DNA of 64,000 nt from positions 224,001-288,000 of the forward strand of contig CBEUCH010000002.1 in assembly GCA_965541585.1 (NCBI GenBank), given 5' to 3'. A program made the position numbers and the translations under genes. Below are positions 61,411 through 64,000 of this stretch, piece by piece. Source of the stretch: an uncultured bacterium (GTDB lineage Bacteria; Zixibacteria; MSB-5A5; UBA10806). How positions within the stretch are numbered: the first letter of the stretch is position 1; each line of letters begins with the position of its first letter. The notes under the pieces were generated by a model that worked only from the letters and a program-made list of their open reading frames with translations, searched no databases and was not told the DNA's origin.

Positions 61411-61517
61411 CCGATTGCCCGGGCGATGGCAGATTGTTGACGGGCAAAGATCAGCCGATAATGATACCATCCCTGAAGACCAGAACTAAGATCGGCGACG
61501 GTCGCGCGGCTGAATAA
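59850..61517 (+). CDS. Secreted M28 metallopeptidase with dockerin-like C-terminus (copy 2)
   Basis: Same motifs as copy 1 (YYHSTND). Confidence 0.9.
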   Translation: MKSVILIVLFAFSSAFFADDAEAQDVLGGNSREQKTLTAQTLYLIDADELGLSARPLISAGDYALIWESDIPHEATSHSAILPDRPGDYYLMRVFSPADLRPVDGKIPYVLMDDNAIFRTDAEGAATLPNYGFGLTRLTAVDVVREPFSPPSPPTKTEYDPDIAEMIANITPELCELTLTDLTSFPTRYSYTEGCRNAEQYVYEQFDGLSLNTSFHDFSYAGYDMRNVIGEMTGTTRPDSVIIVCGHLDCTSGSPWSNAPGAEDNGSGSAAVIEAARVLSQYQTDLTIRFITFSGEEQGLIGSDYYSELMVSIGEDIGGVLNLDMVAYQGPYAYDMHVSSDNLSHWLGDLALQTLDDYTPIVGVDDYTYNPAYGSDHYYFALRGYPAIFFIDAWSGPDWYPYYHSTNDVIAHLNMDLLADITRTGAALAAILARVDFEGSDCVYVPGDCDGNDTSRELTDIIAMITYYRGQIPEYSCECPPDHPEYYPRADADGDCLAFELEDVVKTIAAYRGPEPLSGCPDCPGDGRLLTGKDQPIMIPSLKTRTKIGDGRAAE

Positions 61518-61630
61518 GATAATCCAATAATTTTAAGAATGGGAAAAGGGACCGTTCTCTGTACCGTCATGTCGGTCTACGAGCCGTATCCAAATGGTTT
61601 TATAGGATTGTGACCACCAGATGTTCGCAA

Positions 61631-62317
61631 TTATTCCTGGCGCGCGGCGATCTTGAGCAGGCCTTCGTAATTGTTGATCCGGATAGTGTTACCGATCTCG
61701 CTGATATAGCCGCCCGATTTCAATTTGGCGAAGGCCCGCGATAGGGTCTCCGGCACGGTGCCCAGAATCGAAGCCAGATCTCCCTTGGAAATATCCAGAG
61801 AAACTTCGTTTTTACCCTCCGATTCATGAGCAATATATTCCGCCAGCCGCGGCACGACTCCCATCAATGAAAGCTGCTCGATTTTTTTAGCAAAATTCCG
61901 GAGGCGTTCGGACAAAAGCGCGATCATGTTTAGGGCAATCTGAGGCCTGGTCTTTATCAATTCGAGAAAACGGCTCCTGTCGATACTGATAAGTTCGGAA
62001 TCCTCCTGGGCCACCGAATAAGCAGGATATTTCCCGTCGGCGAATAAAGCGGCCTCGGCCATCGATGTACCCGGGCCGGGAGTAATCAGAGTCTGCTCCC
62101 TCCCTGATGCCGAGAGCTTATAGATACGCATGCGACCACGGAAAACGACATAGAAGGCTTTGGCTATCTCGCCCTCGCTAAACAGAAGCCGGCCCTTTGG
62201 GATGTGCACTATCTCCGACAGACCGGCGATATCCTCGAGATCGCTTCCGGCAAGCCCTGAAAAAAGCGAACATGATTCGAGCCCCCCGATAATTTGATGT
62301 TCTCCGGATTTGCTCAT
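61631..62317 (-). CDS. Crp/Fnr-family transcriptional regulator (HcpR/Dnr-like, no FNR Cys cluster)
   Basis: LFSEGE, GREQ, AEAALF...YPA, HTH LASILGTVPETLSR. Confidence 0.9.
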   Translation of the reverse strand: MSKSGEHQIIGGLESCSLFSGLAGSDLEDIAGLSEIVHIPKGRLLFSEGEIAKAFYVVFRGRMRIYKLSASGREQTLITPGPGTSMAEAALFADGKYPAYSVAQEDSELISIDRSRFLELIKTRPQIALNMIALLSERLRNFAKKIEQLSLMGVVPRLAEYIAHESEGKNEVSLDISKGDLASILGTVPETLSRAFAKLKSGGYISEIGNTIRINNYEGLLKIAARQE

Positions 62318-62428
62318 TTCCTATCCTGCGCACATAGCTTATAAGCCGACTTAAAATTCGCCTGAATTAGTTACCGATTGTTTAAAGAGATCTATGAGTA
62401 ACGCCAGTCCGGGCAGAAAACCCGGCGG

Positions 62429-62692
62429 CTATTCGGCCGTATCCTGAACTGCCAAAACCTGCTTAATTTCCGGTACCTTTTGTTTTATGACTCGTTCGAT
62501 ACCCATCTGCAGTGTCATCTGCGCCATCGGGCAGCCTCCGCAGGCGCCGGTGAGCCGTACTTTTACTACCCCCTGATCCTCGATGACATCCACCAGCTCA
62601 ACATCTCCGCCATCGGCCTGCAATGCGCCCCTGACGGAGTCCAGAGCTTCGATCACTCTTTTCTTCATTCCCTGATCTTCCATAAACACCAT
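62429..62692 (-). CDS. NifU C-terminal (Nfu) Fe-S scaffold/carrier
   Basis: LQADGGDVEL, GACGGCP, TL..GIE. Start could be 62683 or 62668. Confidence 0.92.
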   Translation of the reverse strand: MVFMEDQGMKKRVIEALDSVRGALQADGGDVELVDVIEDQGVVKVRLTGACGGCPMAQMTLQMGIERVIKQKVPEIKQVLAVQDTAE

Positions 62693-63040
62693 TCCTTGTT
62701 GGCCCGCTTATTTCATTGATCGACTGCTGCTTGTTATCTTCAGCATTAAGAATATATCCAGTTGCCTATTCGGTCGCAAGCAAATATGAGAGGTATTATT
62801 GGTTAACTATAATCATAAGAAATCCTCCCCGGGCATTTAAAATAGCCTGTATAGCGGCATTATTCAGAACCGGGCAGCATGGATGCTGATTATCAGACAA
62901 ATCTTTTCTCCTCGAATAACTTCAAGTGTGGCAATCGCTTGAGGGCTTCCCATGAGACAATTCCCAGATATGGACTTGAGCGGTCTATGGATATCATAAA
63001 GATTGCGTAACACTGGTTCAATGGGAGTCTCAATTTTTCC

Positions 63041-63093
63041 TTGACAGCCCCGATAAGGTTTCTATATTTGGCATTTTGTGAATCCCTTCACAA
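63041..63093 (+). promoter_or_regulatory. rex promoter with Rex operator (ROP)
   Basis: TTGACA 63041-63046, TATATT 63063-63068, perfect TTGTGAA-tccc-TTCACAA 63076-63093. Confidence 0.88.
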
Positions 63094-63117
63094 AGCGGGC
63101 AGGACGGGAGAACAGAT

Positions 63118-63774
63118 TTGACACAAAAACAGAAGGCCAAGAAGATTTCGGATTCGACGATTCATAGGTTGTCTGTTTATTATCGCGCCCTTATGGCACT
63201 CGAAAAAGATGGCTATGAAACCATTTCGTCGAAGGAACTGGCGAAACGAGAGAAATTAACCCCGGCACAGGTCAGGAAAGATCTCTCTCTCTTCGGGAGT
63301 TTCGGCACCAGGGGACTTGGCTATCCGGTAAGACAACTGATGCAGCAGATAGCCGAGATCCTGGGTATTAACAGGCTATGGAATGTGGCCCTGGTTGGTG
63401 TCGGTAATGTCGGTTCTGCGCTTGTGAGCTATAAGGAATTCGCCAAGCAGGGATTCGTAATAAAACTGATATTCGATAATGACCAGCGTAAAATAGGCTC
63501 CAATCATAAGGGAATCTTAGTATCCGACACCACTGAGATGAAAAGGCTTCTGCATCAACATGACATCTCTATCATAATTCTCACCGTTCCGGCGGCGTCG
63601 GCACAGGCGGTATGCGACGAGGTAGTCGAGGCCGGAGTAAAGGCCATTCTGAATTTCGCGCCGGTGAACCTGCGGGTGCCGGATGACGTTCTTCTGCGGA
63701 GTGAAAACATGGCAATCGAGCTGGAACACCTTTCCTTTTCTTTGACGAGCAAAGATTTAAGATTGGTAGAATGA
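63118..63774 (+). CDS. rex: Redox-sensing transcriptional repressor Rex
   Basis: TIHRLSVY, ISSKEL, AQVRKDLS.FG.FG.RG.GY, VGVGNVGSAL, ILNFAP. Confidence 0.96.
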   Translation: MTQKQKAKKISDSTIHRLSVYYRALMALEKDGYETISSKELAKREKLTPAQVRKDLSLFGSFGTRGLGYPVRQLMQQIAEILGINRLWNVALVGVGNVGSALVSYKEFAKQGFVIKLIFDNDQRKIGSNHKGILVSDTTEMKRLLHQHDISIIILTVPAASAQAVCDEVVEAGVKAILNFAPVNLRVPDDVLLRSENMAIELEHLSFSLTSKDLRLVE

Positions 63775-63876
63775 GGCCGATAAACCTAATAGAGTTAGCG
63801 AGTTTGAGAAAATCTCCCATTTTGGACTTGACAATGATCCGGGAGAAGTTGATATTACGACGCTTGGGTATATAAT

Positions 63877-64000
63877 ATGTTGAATGGAAGAATAATAATC
63901 CTGACTCTTATAATGGCTGCTATGTCTGTTTCCGCCGTTTCGGCCCAGGTAACTAATGGAATGGAGTGCGAGCCGTATGGATCAGTCACTATTAAGGGCG
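63877..64000 (+). CDS. 3'-truncated secreted protein (signal peptide only visible)
   Basis: MLNGRIIILTLIMAAMSVSAVSA/QVTNG..., open to the window end. Confidence 0.5.
   Translation, partial: MLNGRIIILTLIMAAMSVSAVSAQVTNGMECEPYGSVTIKG

Noticed and set aside
57807..61517. M28 pair as a DGR template/variable repeat
   Set aside because: Differences are not restricted to adenines, both copies are full genes with promoters, and there is no reverse transcriptase in the window.

Overview
A 64-kb bacterial chromosomal window. The dockerin-like, FlgD/T9SS-like and IPTL-CTERM tails suggest a Zixibacteria-like lineage (inference only). Left to right: (1) GT4 glycosyltransferases flanking a 1013-aa secreted beta-helix/FnIII protein with a sigma54-type promoter; (2) DinB, YdeI, a lipoprotein, a TonB-dependent receptor and a GNAT; (3) a 16-gene aromatic amino acid supraoperon (trpEGDCFBA-aroH-aroF-tyrA-aroA-aroE-aroC-aroK-aroB-aroQ, no pheA). 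It is preceded by an unannotated attenuator whose 29-aa leader has a YYWWYGYKY control tract, i.e. apparent dual Tyr/Trp sensing; (4) a 5'-nucleotidase-like protein with lost metal ligands, a CBM9/DUF5916 protein and small redox/stress genes; (5) a 16-gene alternative complex III plus A2-type caa3 oxidase operon; (6) msrAB, then an unusual initiator tRNA-fMet locus. Downstream of the tRNA are two ~1-kb integrase-less single-gene cassettes, each bounded by a tRNA 3'-half copy and a conserved 151-bp att-like arm. Upstream are three 77-bp tandem copies of the tRNA 5' half with a hairpin replacing the D-loop; (7) a Crp/Fnr (HcpR-like) controlled ygbA-ferredoxin unit, an IPTL-CTERM BNR protein, two tandem M28 peptidases, crp/fnr, nifU-C and rex with its own operator. 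The best novelty candidates are the tRNA-fMet cassette/half-tRNA array and the Tyr/Trp attenuator. All calls are by-eye motif recognition; no database searches were run.
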